Origin: Paraspadella gotoi
Lineage: Eukaryota > Animalia > Chaetognatha
Assembly (NCBI GenBank): GCA_051294375.1
Contig: CM119267.1
Coordinates: 15,101,083-15,165,082 of the forward strand
DNA length: 64,000 bases
Reading direction: 5' to 3'
The notes beneath the pieces are model-generated. The model was not told the DNA's origin and searched no databases. It was given only the letters and a program-made list of their open reading frames with translations. Numbering within the stretch: position 1 is the first letter of the stretch; every line of letters starts with the position of its first letter. Position numbers and translations under genes: made by a program. Positions 38,144 through 52,800 of this stretch are shown here, piece by piece.

Positions 38144-41100
38144 AGAGAGGAGAGAGAGAGAGAGAGAGAGGAGAGAGACATGCTTTTTATCCTTAAATTC
38201 CTGGAACACATGCAAAGGGACGTTTTCTGATTTGGTCACACATCACACTGGCGCAACTGAACTTTTTTTTGTGATACAGAGCATTACAAAAATAGGAAAT
38301 ACACGGTGGTGCATAAATTGAGTCAGGTGGCACGATGATATAAAAAAACAAAATTTATTTCATTCAACGAAATTAGTCCTTTGAAAAAAAAGAAAAACCC
38401 CCAAATCGGTGCCGAGCCCAGGATGATATTTCTGATCGTCGGCTCAACTTTGCGTCTGTTTGTATATATACGATGAAAATCTCAATAATAACAGTTTACA
38501 TTTACATAACAATGACTTATAACAAGGACGTTCGACATCTTTTATATTGTACAAAAAAAAAACTTCGTGTCGATGAAAATTATTGGGTGGAACAATACTT
38601 TGTTCCGTCGTGTCGGTAGATGGGTTTACGAAAATCTGCCCCCCAAAAAATATCAACTTAATTAACTAAATCTTCATTCGTCATACTTTTTAGTTTAATC
38701 TCAGACCGACGCCTAAATATTCGCCCGATTCGCAAAGCCGCTTTTTACTCTGCCCGCTTCAATTTAATATTAACAAAATATTATTTCGCCCTACTAAATT
38801 CTAAACTGTCTAAAAATTTTTTTATCGAAGTCACGGAGTGTACAAAGAAATTAATGAGAAATATATTCTTAGTTTAACTAATCCACCCTGTCTTTTAAAA
38901 TTGCGGTCAACGTCTTCACTGAAAGAATTGGGGAAGAGGTATGACGAAGAAAAGAGAAATCAGGGCAGCAAAGGAAAAGCGATAAAAGATCGATCAGAAT
39001 AATGGCCTCAACTAGATGGGGTGGGAAAAGGGTCAAACGAGTACAAGCGATCGAAATGGACTCCCGTCGTTTAAAAAGAAATATCTGAAAGAAAGAGAAT
39101 AAGAAAAGAAAAAGAATAGATAGGGACAGAGAGGTTTAGACTGGGTAGAGGCATAGGATCTAAAATTAAATATTCAGAAAAGAGATGAAGAAGTCGAGAC
39201 TGAAATTAAAACTGCGGAGCTCACAATAAGACAGGGAGAGATCCTTTACTAAAACCTTGAAGGGGAAACACTTCTGAAACGTCAACCGCTCCAGAATGGA
39301 ACCATGACCCGAATAAATATCAAAGATAAAAGAAAAAATGGCGGACAAAGCAGACAGCGGCTTACGCGTCATGGGTAAACGTTGGCGAACTTCATGGAAA
39401 CGGAAAATGTAAATCACAACGCTGCCCATAAAAATACAGTGCTACCGCTTAAAAACTAGAGTTACATTTAAGATAAAATAAGAAGGAATGGAAACGGAAA
39501 AAAAAATATGCCTCAATATGAGCATCGAAGAAAAAAAATGTATCACTGAAAAATTAAATCATATTCACTGCCAAAAAAAAAAACCGCACGAATCGATTGT
39601 GAGAAAAGATGATTGAGACGCGAAAACCTCGACTAAAACCCAAACAAAATCAACACTGAAATCTGTGTTGTCATGGTTGTTTGTTTTTTTCGTAAAGTTC
39701 AATTAACTTTTTGTTAAGTTTATCATTCTAGTTTTTCGGGTCAACTTGAAGTCTTTTCGACTAGGTTTCTGCCCCCCAATTTCCCCGTTCAGTCTCAATC
39801 GGTTGCCATCTGATTTCCCGTCCCTGATCTTCACCGCGCCCATCCTGTCCATTGTCCGGCGGGCCATTGCAAGACGTTGCGCGAGTCACGGCGGAGATTG
39901 CAAGGTCTGCCAATTTGAAGCCTCACGGCCTCCATCTGTCTATCGCCGTAGTTTCCAGATGCGAGACCCCCGTCATCTCTCCGACGAAGCTCTGGGCGCC
40001 AACGAACTTCCCGCCCGGCCTTCTCTTGTCCTGACCCAGGAAAAGACGCGGAGGTCCCGAAAAACATGAGCCGCCCCACCGGGATCTCCGTCTGGGCCGG
40101 AGTCCCTGACCAGCGTCGACGGGTTTCCCGTCCACGTAAGAAGGCCCAGGTCCTGAGACGGCGCGCGCACGTGAGGCGGAAGTGGTGCCATTGATTCTGG
40201 AAATGGAGTAGGGAAGGGTTCACTTTTTGGCGTCGCCGCGAGGTCCGACCCTGGGCGGCGAGGAATCAGAGGAGAAAAAAAAAAAGATGATCGTGATTAA
40301 TGATATGAAGAAGAAAAGGGAACAGAAAAAAATTATCAAATCAATCAACCGGACCTGCATCTGGTTGTCGCTGATCTGCGCCAACCCTCTGCCCTATCAT
40401 AACATGTCGTCCTTCTTCCCCATGGTGAGTAGCTCAACACGGTCCCCAAGTCGCTCTCGTCCGCGCTCTTGACCAAAACGCAAGCGTGATCTGACTCAAG
40501 TTTCTCTTCCCCGTCAGGGGTCTTCAAGACGCGGGCGAAATCCGAGGCCGCTCTTCCCTCGAAGACAAACTTGGTCGAATCGTCTCTCGCGGACCTCGAC
40601 GGCGACTTGGAGTCCTTTAGCTTTGCTCGACGACGAAGACGACGACGAAAGGACGACGACGACGAAGATCCATTCCAGACCGTGGTGGCGCTTCCACCAC
40701 CTGCCTGCAGCTTCCCCATCTCCTCCTGCCAGCTCTTGCACGGTTTGGAGTTAGTCCATCAGCAGGTTGTTGTACATCTCGCGTTGTGCGCCCTTAATGC
40801 TCTGGATTGACGGTGCGGAGCTTGCCGTCCTGGACGGCGATCGTCTCCATCTTTGAGGAGAGCGGTGGAGCGGATATTTTTTTTTTTTTTTTTTTTTTTT
40901 CGTGACGTCTCGTACTGGAGCAGTTGGAAGACGGAAGCGAGCGGGAGGTTGTGGACGTGGGTCTCCATCTCGGCCGGAGGACGATCTTATTCGTGTCGGA
41001 TTCCACCTGAAATAAAGGGGGGAATGTTGTGAGGCTTTGGTAAAAAAGGTTGTGAAAATAACTTTTATGAAAAATCAGATTGCAAAACAACGTCAAAACT

Positions 41101-42720
41101 TATGGCAATTCTCAGTTAAATCCGATATTTAATAACTAGTTATTTATATTATCTATTGCTTAAACATTTGTTTGTATGTAGAAGGTACATTTATTATAAT
41201 GCAATGACAAAACGTCCACTTTCACCTGAAACTTGTAAGTTCCTGACGACGAGATAGAGCAAGATGGCCCGTCACGCGCGGCGATGATGGACGAAGTTGA
41301 CGAACGATTCATTCGCGTGAGTCCAACGAACTTCTTGGCACCTCGCTTTTCGGTTGGAGGAAGGTCCCTCGGCGCAGCCGTAGACCGATTTGAACTCGTA
41401 GGAGGAAGTGGCGTGGGAGGAGAGCGAGTTGGAAGATGGGTTCTTCATGAGGGTGCTGAGATTGTTCGGGCGGGCGCCCAGTCCATTGCCTCCGCCGCCG
41501 GACGTCGGGCCGCCCCCATTGGTCTGGAGCAGGGAACGGCCGGAGCGGAGATGAGGAGGGCAGAGCGCGCATGCCGCGGATAGGGCGTCACGTCGGCCTC
41601 GGCGTAGGTGGCGTTGCCCGGAACAGCCGCCGAACTACCGCCCCCCGTTGGAGCCAGCCTCCGCCGCAGCCGGCGACGCAGACGCCGACACCGCCGTTGA
41701 TGGCGCGCGCCGGACAATGCGTCTCGGATCCCTGGTTCGGCTGCCAAACCGGAAATCGGCGAGATCGAGCTGTGAATGGTCTGCGGGAACTGTACTTCGG
41801 TTCGCAGAACCATCTGACAGGTAATGAGTGGAGGGAGGAGGGAGGATTGGGAAGAGGGGTGGGGTGGAGGAAGAGGAGGAAGAGATCGACGAAGGAAGCG
41901 AGAGAAACGCTCGTCGCTTTGCCCGACCTTCGAAGGGCAAATCTCGCGGTTCGCGGCTTAACAACTTCTCTTTCTCCTCCTTATTTTCCTTTTTTTTTCT
42001 CTCATTTTTTTTTCTCTTTTCTTTTCGTTAAAAAACGAAAAGCCGAGAGGATTAACGCTGACGCCCGCACGTAGACCGTGATTCCGCCGCGGTTTAGGTC
42101 GACTCGTGGCGTCGGCAGCGGCGTCGGCGGCCGTCAGCGGCGGCGGGCCAGCGGCGCCGAGAACGGGCGACGGAAGATGGCCGAATGAAGGTGAGGCCGG
42201 TTTTAATGGTTATGTCATGGCTTTTTTTCGGCGGGTAAGGTCGAAAACGTCGACGTCGTTGGCCGAAAGAGAGAGTAAACGAGGAGCGAGACTTTAACGA
42301 TCGCTGCGGCTGCATGCGCGGGCTTTTTTCCGGCGGACGGAAGGATCGGGGTCGTCACGTCGTCGTCGCGTCGTCTTCATCGTCGACGGAACGTCCGAGT
42401 GGTAGAGGTAGAAGGTGACGCGAGGATGGTGAGTCCGAAATAAATAAACATCGAAAAAAAAGAAGAAGAATGAATTATATATTAATAAATATTCAATTGT
42501 AATATAATATTAATATGCTATAGATTGTAAACTTTTTTCCTGAGAGGGAAAAAAGGAATGCATTCCTCTTTAAAGTAACAAAAGAAAAACGATCAAGGAA
42601 AACGACCATGGAAAAAGGAGAGGAAAATAAGAAAGATGAACTGAATCAGAAATAAAAGGATATTATTTATTTTATTCGACGAAGAGAAACGAGAGCCAGT
42701 AGGCCGAGGCAGAGCGAGGA

Positions 42721-42753
<33 letters not shown>

Positions 42754-43746
42754 TAGAGAGAGAGAGAAAAGAGAGAGAGAGAGATGGATGAGAGGGCAAG
42801 ATGAGAGGAGAGAGAAGAGAGAGAGAGAGCAGAGATGCTCAGCGAAAACGTTTAAAACCGTACGCTTCTAAGCCTCGCTGTTTTTTCTCTTTCTTTTTCT
42901 CGAGGCCGCCCATTCTTCGATGTCCTTTTGTTTACATTTTTTTTCTTTCGTCTTCTTTTTTCAACCGACTATTATTCCGTCAGTTTTTTTTCGCCGTTCT
43001 CTCCTCCATTTTCTGATTCAGTATTATTTATCACGGGCGGTTAGCACAAACCGGAAAACCCCTTTTTTCTCTTTTGTTTCCCTCCGCCCCCCCCGCCCCC
43101 CCCTTCTCCGGCGAATAAAATGATATCGAGCCGACATAAAATACGGGATAAGAAAGTTTCTAGGGCAAATTTTTCTCTCTCGCACCTCCCAATGGCTCGA
43201 TTCCTCTGCTCTCTTCTCCTCTCTCTCTCTCTCTCACGCCTCTACCTCTCTCTTCTTCTCTTCTCTCCTACTCTCTCTCTCCTCTGCTATCTCTCATCTC
43301 TCTCTCTCTCTCTCTTGCTTTCTCTTCATCCTTCTGTTCATTCGCCCGAAATTGGGGAAAGTCTGTTGCATAAGGCGCCAACGATGGCTGCCCCGTTCAT
43401 CACCCGGGAAAAAAAGTCCGCGGGACAGAAAAACCGGTCCCAGGACGAAGATTCTTGCGACCGCCGCGGCGACCCGAAGGAAACGACGCCGGCCGACGCC
43501 GAGATCGCAGGAACGACGCCGCACGCCGGACGGGCGACGAAGAGCGAGGCTTCGAGCGCGGATGCTGTAAACGAACCGCGTTTCGTTTGCGCCAGGATCC
43601 ATAATGAAGGTGCGGCTCCATCGGATTTCCGAAGTCGTTCCACCATTCGCAATCAAAGTCTCTCTCTCTCTCTTGGTCTCTGTTTTTTCTCTCTCTCTCT
43701 CTCATCATCTTAACCCTCTCTCCTCTCTTCTCCTTTCTCTCTGTCT

Positions 43747-43789
<43 letters not shown>

Positions 43790-43960
43790 TCTTCTTCTCT
43801 CTCTCTCTTCTCTCGTCTTATCCTTCCGCTAAACCGACTAGCTCGACCCGCCTCGCACAACCGGAAACTCAGACGGCGACGCCATTCCGACTAGCACTAC
43901 GCGTCATTCCACGCCCAAACAACTCTCTCTCTTCTCTTTTCTTTCTCTCCCTCTCTCCAT

Positions 43961-43991
<31 letters not shown>

Positions 43992-45036
43992 ATCTCTTCT
44001 CTCTCTCTCTTCTTCCTTCTCTCTCTCTCTCGCTCGTAAATGACGTCGTACGAACTACTATTCCCCGACTCCTGCTGACCTTTTTCCTTTCGAAAGTCCT
44101 CACTCAGGATAAACCCACTTCGGACGGGCGTGAATGACCGAATTTGCACTTACCCTTTTCCGACCTTAATTCCTTTCCCATTCCGACCATTAGAATGACC
44201 GTTTAAAAACTTACCTTGTTTCCAAACTCTCATCTTGGAAATTTTTCGTGAATGCCCATCATTTAGGCTTTTTAGGTTTAATCTGTGGCAGCGTTTATCA
44301 ACATTTCTATTTTCCTTCTCTCTCTTCATTTCATCCCTAACTTATCCCTAACCTTACCCACCGACCCGAAAACCCAGAATGACTGCCTTTATCCCTGTTG
44401 GGAATTTTAATGGACCGAGGACACTTTCGCTAATGAAATCGATTCTCTGCCCCTCATTACTTTTCCCCCCATTTTTTTCCTTACCTACGACATTTTGCCG
44501 TCGCACGGACGACGACAGCGAAAGACGACGAGCGACAACTTTTATGGATTCGAATCTACGCGGGTTTCGCTTATTCATGGGGAGTTCATTAATGATGGAT
44601 TCTGCCTCCTTTATCAAAATTCACAATATAAATTGTTTTTTTTTTTTATATTCTACAGCGAAGAAAGAAAATGAGAAAGGAAGGATTTTAGGAGAAGAGA
44701 AAAAAGAATAAATGAAAAGAAAGGAAAGGAAAAAAAGAAAGAAAAAGAGAAAAGAAAGGAAAGAAAGAAAAAAAGGAAGAAAGATAAGAAAGAAAGAAAG
44801 AAAAGAAAGAAAGAAAAGAAAGAGAAAGAAAGAAAAGTCAAAAGAAAAGAAAGAAAGAGTAAGATAGTTGTTCAATAGTTTGGCTGTCCTCTCTAACGCC
44901 TGTCCAAGACCTACCGCCGGGCTTTGGGGCGCCGAGAGCCCGAAGGAGGAAATAATATGAAATAAATCGAAATATTAAACCGAGATCTTATCGAATGATG
45001 AGCGAGAGAGATAGAGAGAGAGAGAGAGAGAAGAAA

Positions 45037-45068
<32 letters not shown>

Positions 45069-45110
45069 GACGAGAGAGACGAGAGNNNNNNNNNNNNNNN
45101 NNNNNNNNNN

Positions 45111-45144
<34 letters not shown>

Positions 45145-45897
45145 CTCTTCGTCGTCCAGGTGATCCATAAAATCGGAAATGACGCGATTTCGGGAGAAAA
45201 TTCCAACCGAAAAAAAAGAGTTTTAGGAGTTTTTGGGATGTGAAAGAAAAGTGGCCGTTGGTTTTAAGAGACGTCTCGTCGTCTCACAGAAAAGACGCGT
45301 GTGAAAAGTGGCCACTCAAATTGGGTTTTTTAAAAGTCGAAATTATACTAAGCATAAACGTTCTCTTCAATGAGAGTTTTTGTTTGAAAGTCACAAGACT
45401 ATTTTTATTTGGTCTTTATATTAATTCCCTGAAAAAAAAATTGTATCAATATCGTTCAATACGACATAAAATGTCCTCATAACAAATATTTATCTTTTAC
45501 TCCATAATGTAAGTTTTTATACTTCGCCTCTTGTATCTTAAAAAGTTTCTTCCTGGAAATTTCCGCGTCACAAAGTTAAATCTCCGACGAGGCGCGCATA
45601 AAAGGAAAAGCGGTTTAATCTTTGAAGAGAAAGAACATTTTTTACCCTGAATACGGAACGAAAAAAAAAACCCGCCAAGTAGCGACTTTTGCATATTTTC
45701 GCAGTTGCGGCGCAATTCACGCTCTTCGCGTCGCCTGTAATTAAGAGGCGATTCCGAGAAAATATGTACGAAAAGAAAAATTAAAAAAAGGAAGAAACTG
45801 GAGATATTGGCCGAGAAAGGAAAAGTACTATCCGCCGGGATTCGTTGGCCGAGCGCCGAGAATCTCGCCGAGAGAGAGAGAAAGAGAGAAGGAGAGA
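37143..45897 (+). repeat. Direct ~8.7-kb copy of ~25176-33640 (probable assembly duplication)
   Basis: Begins AATAAGAGTATTTTATATTTTAAAAC as at 25176 and stays colinear; indel density rises through 39.7-45.0 kb. Confidence 0.93.
39797..41813 (-). pseudogene. Frameshift-riddled second copy of the pentraxin gene (most likely a raw long-read artefact rather than a real pseudogene)
   Basis: All three exons and both introns are present and colinear with 27800-29723. Differences are mostly 1-nt indels spread over exons, introns and flanks. Confidence 0.75.
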
Positions 45898-45922
45898 NNN
45901 NNNNNNNNNNNNNNNNNNNNNN

Positions 45923-46684
45923 TCTTCTCTCTCCTCCTCTCTCCTCGTCTTCTCTCTCTCTCTCTCTCTCTCTCCTCTCTCCTTCGGATCTCCCCTGGCG
46001 ACCGAAGGCGCGAAAACGTTTTCTTCCGACAATAAATTACTCCGTGTCTCTCTCTCTCTCCTTCTCTCTTTCTCTCTTCTCGGCGAGATTTCTCGGCGCT
46101 CGGCCAACGAATCGCGGCGGATAGTACTTTTCCTTTCTCGGCCAATATCTCCAGTTTCTTTCCTTTTTTTAATTTTTTTTTCGTACATATTTTCTCGGAA
46201 TCGCCTCTTAATTACAGGCGACGCGAAGAGCGTGAATTGCGCCGCAACTGCGAAAATATGCAAAAGTCGCTACTTGGCGGGTTTTTTTTTTTCGTTCCGT
46301 ATTCAGGGTAAAAAATGTTCTTTCTCTCAAAGATTAACCGCTTTTCCTTTTATGCGTCGCCTCGTCGGAGATTTAACTTTGTGACGCGGAAATTTCCAGA
46401 AGAAACTTTTTAAGATACAAGAGGCGAAGTATAAAAACTTACATTATGGAGTAAAAGATAAATATTTGTTATGAGGACATTTTATGTCGTATTGAACGAT
46501 ATTGATACAATTTTTTTTTCAGGGAATTAATATAAAGACAAATAAAAATAGTCTTGTGACTTTCAAACAAAAACTCTCATTGAAGAGAACGTTTATGCTT
46601 AGTATAATTCGACTTTTAAAAAACCCAATTTGAGTGGCCACTTTTCACACGCGTCTTTTCTGTGAGACGACGAGACGTCTCTTA
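45923..46684 (-). repeat. Inverted copy of ~33016-33790 (fold-back across the 25-N gap at 45898-45922)
   Basis: ORF MAEKGKVLSA appears on both strands (45807+, 46145-); the copy ends at GAGACGTCTCTT. Confidence 0.9.
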
Positions 46685-46689
46685 GAAAA

Positions 46690-47460
46690 AAAAAATTAAA
46701 ACGGTGGCTTTTGTTTTGTTTTGTTTATTTTTGTTTATATTGTTTAAGGAGTGGCGGTGGTTGTCGTTATATTAAGCGAAGTCGCTGGATTGAGCAACAA
46801 CAACAACAACAACCAAAATAACAACAACCTCAACGAAATACATCAAATAATGCAAACTCCATTACTTCCTTGATCGAGACAATAGTCAATGTTAAATTCT
46901 GACAACGTCACTTCTTCGATTTTAGAAAATCCTCACATGAATCTTTTCTCAAAAAAGAACACACGGTTTCTCGATGGTAAACCAGTTGTTATTTGTAGCT
47001 CTATTTCCGTATATGTCTTTGTTTCTCTAAGTTTCTTACTCTCTCTATCTCTCTCTCTTTCTTTGTGACAAGCTGAGAATATTCTCAGTTTCTTGGCTTT
47101 GTTATCACACGCTCTCTCTTTCTCTTTCTCTTTTTCTTCCATTCCTGCTCCCTCTCTCTCTCCCTCTCCCTCCAGGTCTTCCCTCCCCGCGGGCAAAATT
47201 AGATCCTCGAATTCCATTCTTTCTTTTCTCCTTTCATTTCGGTTTCGGAGAAAGAAAGAGAGAGAGAAAGAGAGAAAGAGAGAGAAAAGAAATGGTGTAT
47301 GTGAAAGATTATTAGGGTGGAACGCCTTTACATCAAGCCAAAGGGGAGAGGCGGGTCCATTGAAAAGAAAATTCGTCAGTTTTCATTACGTTAATCAAAC
47401 ATGACTTTCTTTTTTTTTTCTCTCTCTCTCTTTTCTTTTCTCTACTGGCTCATATGAGCC

Positions 47461-47529
<69 letters not shown>

Positions 47530-48040
47530 CAAGCACCCTTTCGTACTAACACCATACAGAAAAGGCCTCCTTTCGGATATCGGGTTATCATTAGCACAAA
47601 AAAGAGAGGAGGCCGAAAATTCTAAAGAAGGCTCATCAATTATCGCTTATCAACTGGTTTTCCGTCAAGTGAGAGGGGATGTTACCCCCTCCCCCACCCA
47701 GGGTCATTTTTTTTCTCTCCCTCCTCCTTCCTCTCTTTTTCTCTATACTCGCCTTCCTCTCCATCCCATCCCGATGCCATTCTCCCGATGCCATTCTCCC
47801 GATCACATTTTCCTCCTCCAACACCGAATGCGTCGACGCCGAGAATTTCCGGCTTCGATCGAATCGTTTCCCGGCGCCGGGGAATCGGGGATGCATCCTC
47901 GGAGCGTTGGTAATGAATGGAGTGGCGCCATCTTGATGCCGGAGTGCACTAATTGCAATTAGCGAAAAAAACATTTTGGCATCGAGTCGGTTTAGAAAAC
48001 TTGAAATACATCCATCCTGATTTCGATATATCACATTTAA
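46690..48040 (+). repeat. Direct copy of ~33795-35190
   Basis: Colinear from AAAATTAAAACGGTGGC to GATTTCGATATATCACATT. Confidence 0.9.
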
Positions 48041-48505
48041 TACGATGTGGCGGTAGTATATTCACACCGCTCACGTCATAAGAAAAGGAAGCGGAGCCAC
48101 TCACTAGTCTATTTCATGTCTATGTCATGTCGTTCGACACCGACGCGATCAATCAATCACTCAAAGAGCCATATTGGCCGTAACTATTTTCTCTTTTACT
48201 CCGAGAGCCGGCATATTTTGTCGCCATGACAACGCCTGGGAAAAATGGGAAAAATCACTTGCTCATACATAACATTTTCCTCTCTATATTCGGATGGCGA
48301 CTCCTTCACGACGAAGTCGCGACGACGAAAAAAAACAAAAAACTCCTCGGCGCAAAAAGGGCGACTCCCGTTCCTGATCGGCGAGAAGACTCTCTCGACC
48401 TTTTTTATTTCTAAGGTGATTCGTCGAAGAGGACGGGTGAGTCTCTTTACTCTACATCTTCTTCCTTTTTGATCGTGACTCGACTTAACCTTTTGATCCT
48501 CAGCG

Positions 48506-48591
48506 TCTTCTTCTTCTTCTTCTTCTTCTTCTTCTTCTTCTTCTTCTTCTTCTTCTTCTTCTTCTTCTTCTTCTTCTTCTTCTTCTTCTTC
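48506..48591 (+). repeat. (TTC)n microsatellite
   Basis: Pure trinucleotide tract. Confidence 0.95.
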
Positions 48592-48776
48592 ATCTTCCTC
48601 CTTTTCCTCCTCATCAACTTACTTTTTTTTTATTCGTCTCGTTCATTTTTCCTCACCCTGCATCACATCCCCAAAAAATGAAGATATCTTTCGTCCGGTG
48701 GCCTCCGATCTTTTAGTTCTTCTTTTCTCTTCTTTTCTTTATATTTTCTTTAATTTTCTTTTCCTTTCATTTTTTT

Positions 48777-48863
<87 letters not shown>

Positions 48864-48900
48864 GTCTTTCTTTCTTTCTTTCTGTCTTTCTTTCTTTTTT
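48777..48900 (+). repeat. (TTTC)n microsatellite
   Basis: Tetranucleotide tract with few interruptions. Confidence 0.95.
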
Positions 48901-49142
48901 TCTTTCTCTCTTTTTTACTTTTTTCCTTCCTTCCCTTCTTTTTTTCTCTCTATTTTTTACAGAATCAACTTCCTCATCATGATAATCAGCGACGTCTATG
49001 GCACAAAAACGACTGTTGTAACTCGAGTCGTTTAATGTTGAATTTTCGAACCTTGAAGAAAAGACGTCGTTCCACGTTCCCAGAGGCGGATAATTCTCTC
49101 TCTCTGCTATCTCTCTCTCTCCTCTCTCTCTCTCTCTCTGCT

Positions 49143-49173
<31 letters not shown>

Positions 49174-49797
49174 TCTTTCTAAATGGAAAATGTAAAATGT
49201 ACAGCAGTCGACGTTTATTTCCCCTTCCTCTTCGCCCGAGAATTCTTTAGCGTCGTAGCGAGACAGAAGAGGCTGCGCACGACGCCTCGGACCGTTCAAC
49301 GACGCTTTCAATGAAAACATTCATCTTTCTCCATCACATCTCCAGCTGCTGGGAGGAAAAAACCCTCGACGTTCTACAGCAAAATTACTTCGCCACATTC
49401 TTCCAGCTACATCTTTCGTTTCTTATTTAAAATGCTTACGGCCTTTAAAGTTAATCTTTATATATTTCCATGATCTCCGAGCATTTCTTTCAGCTCCTTT
49501 TAGCTTTTGTAAAGGATTTTATAATAACTTTTACATTAATCCTACTTCAAATTTTACCTTTTAAGCTTTTTTTTTGCAATATTAGCAATTTTTCTTACAT
49601 TACTTAGTTTAGGAAATATTCTAAAAGTCAACAAAAGTTACAGAAATTATTTCCTCAGTCACCAACGTCATCTGTAAGCGCCCGACTACAATGATTGAAT
49701 TCAGTTCGACACGAGGAATGAGAAAGAAAAAAAAATTTACAGAGAAGAAATTTGGAGGTCGTGGGTCGCACGAGCTTGAGGGCTGTGGACGGACTGT

Positions 49798-49897
<100 letters not shown>

Positions 49898-52800
49898 TCC
49901 AGCTCTTCGTAAGTTCGTAATGGAATACTAGCTCGGGCAACGGCAGCTGGCATGCTTCGACAAGTGCGTTAAGCCATTAAATCAGCCACCAAGGTCGTCA
50001 TGTCATGTTAAAAAATAAAGAATTCCAGGAAATAAGAAAAACTTTTCAGAAAAAGCTTTCAGGAAAAAATACGGAAAGCGGTTGAAAGTTAATATCTTCT
50101 TTCCGAATTTATCTATGCGAATTTCATGCTCTTGCAAACATACATAATTTAAAAAAACGTCTGCTTACCAAAAAACACTAAAAAAAAACTAAATAAACAG
50201 CGATAGCGAGGGGAAAAATTGTTGGTTCGCTCGTGAACTGAAGAAACGAAATGAAAAATGTTTGTTACGGCGAAAACAAACTCGAGACCCGCCACGTGTT
50301 ACGACTTCGAAACTCGGAGGAGAGTTCCTGGAGGGGAAGACCTCAGAGGAGAGAAGAGAGAGAGAAGAGAAGAGAGAGAGAGGGAGAAGAGAGCAGAGAG
50401 AGAGAGAGAGAGAGGGAGAGGAAGAGAGAGAGAGAGAGACCGTGGCGCGACGGAAAGAGTCGAAAGGCGAGCGAGTCGAAAGGCGAAGTTCCGGGTGGGG
50501 ATTTTTGGGTAGTTTGTGGGGATGCGCGTTGAGGAAGCGTGAAGGTTTGGGAGCGAATGAGAGTTTGTTTGCGGGCGCGTTAACGTCATCGATCGATGTT
50601 TATCTCTACTTTGTTCATGAACATTCACTTTTTTCCAACGAGCTTTTTGGTCGATATTTGAAATATTTAGAATTTCATATTTTGAATTGAAGAAGAGATT
50701 ATTCTTTTTTCGAATCGCACCAATTGTTCTTCGAAACAACGTAGTTCACAACTGTTAGTGTAAGTCCCACTGTAGTACTCCAGACTTTCTTTTTAATTTT
50801 TCACCACGAAGCGATTTTCTTTGGAGGGGGAAACGCGCGATGCTACTCGAGATCGCCGAGGACCCACACGAGTGTTGTTTAAGGCCGCTGCCATGGAGAG
50901 CGTCGGCCCTTTTCAAATCCACCTCTCTTCTCTCTCTCTCTCTCTCCTCTCTTCTCTCTCTCTCTCTCTCGTCTCTCTCTCTCTCTTCTCTCTTTCTCTC
51001 TCTCTCCTTCTCTCTCTCCTTCTTCTCTCTCTCTCTCTCTCTTCTCTCTTCTCTCTCTTCTCTCTCTCTCTTCTCTTCTCTCTCTCTCTCTCTCTCTCTG
51101 TCTCTTCTCTCCTTCTCTCTCACTCACACTTTCCGCCCCCGTTTGAAAACTCGTATATTTCTCGCTTTGAATTCGAACAAATCACGGGCGTCGTTTAAAG
51201 AGAGTCTCGTGAGTCGTCGCTGCGTCGTCGTGTCGGTCGTCGTGATCGTAAACGTTTTCTAATGGTGTTCGTGGACTTAGTCGGTCGTCGTCGTCGTCTT
51301 TGCTGTTGTTTGTTCAATTTCGTCCTAGTTTTCGGCATAGAATTTATTACTTATAGGAGTAACAACGCGTCGTCGTTCATCGGACGTCGTCGTCGTCGTC
51401 GTTGTCGTCGTTAAAAAACGCTAAGTTATCGTTGATGTTATTCTCGATGATTTTTTTTTTCTGTTGGATTGGAACTTTATATTTTGAAGATATTAAAAAA
51501 AAATTCGCCATGGAAAACAGGAACCCAATAAATTTTAAAACAATTCTATCACTCGGTAATTTACTGTAACGTTGTTGCCATTGTCTTAACGGAAAAATGC
51601 ATTTTATAGTAATTTTAAAAACATTAGTTTTTCGCGCGCGCAACCGGCTTCATCATCGTTGCGTCGCTGCGCGCGACGAATCGTTCGTTCGTCTTCGTCC
51701 GCGATTAATCTGACTTGCCTCGAAGGGCGAATTCGTCGTTGACGCCCATCGTTCGTCTCAGAATCGCCTTTGTCGTGTCGTTGTGTCGTCAGTTATTGAC
51801 GTCGTATCGTCGTCGTCGTCGTAATTTTCCACATCAATTTTTATTATTTCGATTCTCGTGAGAAAGAGCGGAATAAATGAGAGGCGCGAGATAGAGTTTT
51901 TCTTTCTTTTTTCACTTTATTTATCTATTTTCTTTTCTGTTTCTTTTTTCGCCTCATCTTCGAAAAATAAAGGAGAAAAAAAAAAAGCTTTTAAAAGCCT
52001 AAAAAAAAAAAAGGATGAGAAAAAAGTCGAGGAGAAAAGAGAGAAAATGGAGAAGTGAAAAAAAGCGGGGTTAAGAGTCGTAGGGTTATGAGGAAAAGAA
52101 AAAAAGGGAAAAGTTTTTTTTTTTTTATTTTGCGGCGAGCTAAAAGCTTTTTTTTATCGATAGTATTAATCCTCGGCCCGTGAGAGAAAGAAAAATGCTG
52201 GGCAAAGGATGAAGATTGGCCACAAACGCAGACCCGCTTAAGATACGTTGGAGATTTGTTTTCTCTGAAATGACTCTGATTGAGTAAGTGTCGACCGTTT
52301 GCGCTTTTCGATTCATAAATTCGGGCTTTTATATGAAAATCTATATTAAATTATTATTAAATTTATTATCTATTTACTTTTTTATTTGTTTATTTTTTCA
52401 GTATTTCTCCTTTCACTTTCCGACTAGTACCTTTTTCTTTAGCTGTTTGATATCTTGCCCTCTGAAATGTTTCATTTTATATCTTTATTTCTTTGCCTGC
52501 GTAGTGGGTACTAGGTACCTCCTATTCTCATAACCTTTTTCTTCTTCTTTTTCTTTCGACTTGTTTATTTCTCCTCTTTTTTTTACGCGGCGATCTCTCA
52601 AATATATTATTTGATCTTTTTCCTCCTTCTCACTGCTTGAGTTCTTGTCGGCCGCGACCATTCCGTCCAGTTTTATCCTTACATCGAATACGCTCCCATC
52701 GCTCGATCACCGTCTCTTCCTTCACATCACATGATCACAGTGAAGATTCATCACACTTCACCTTCGACTGACCCCTACTCCGCCCCCCAAAGATTATCTT

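Noticed and set aside
39797-41813. Second pentraxin copy as a functional paralogue or edited/frameshifting gene
   Set aside because: Indels are equally dense in introns and flanks and follow a coverage-like gradient, the signature of read error.
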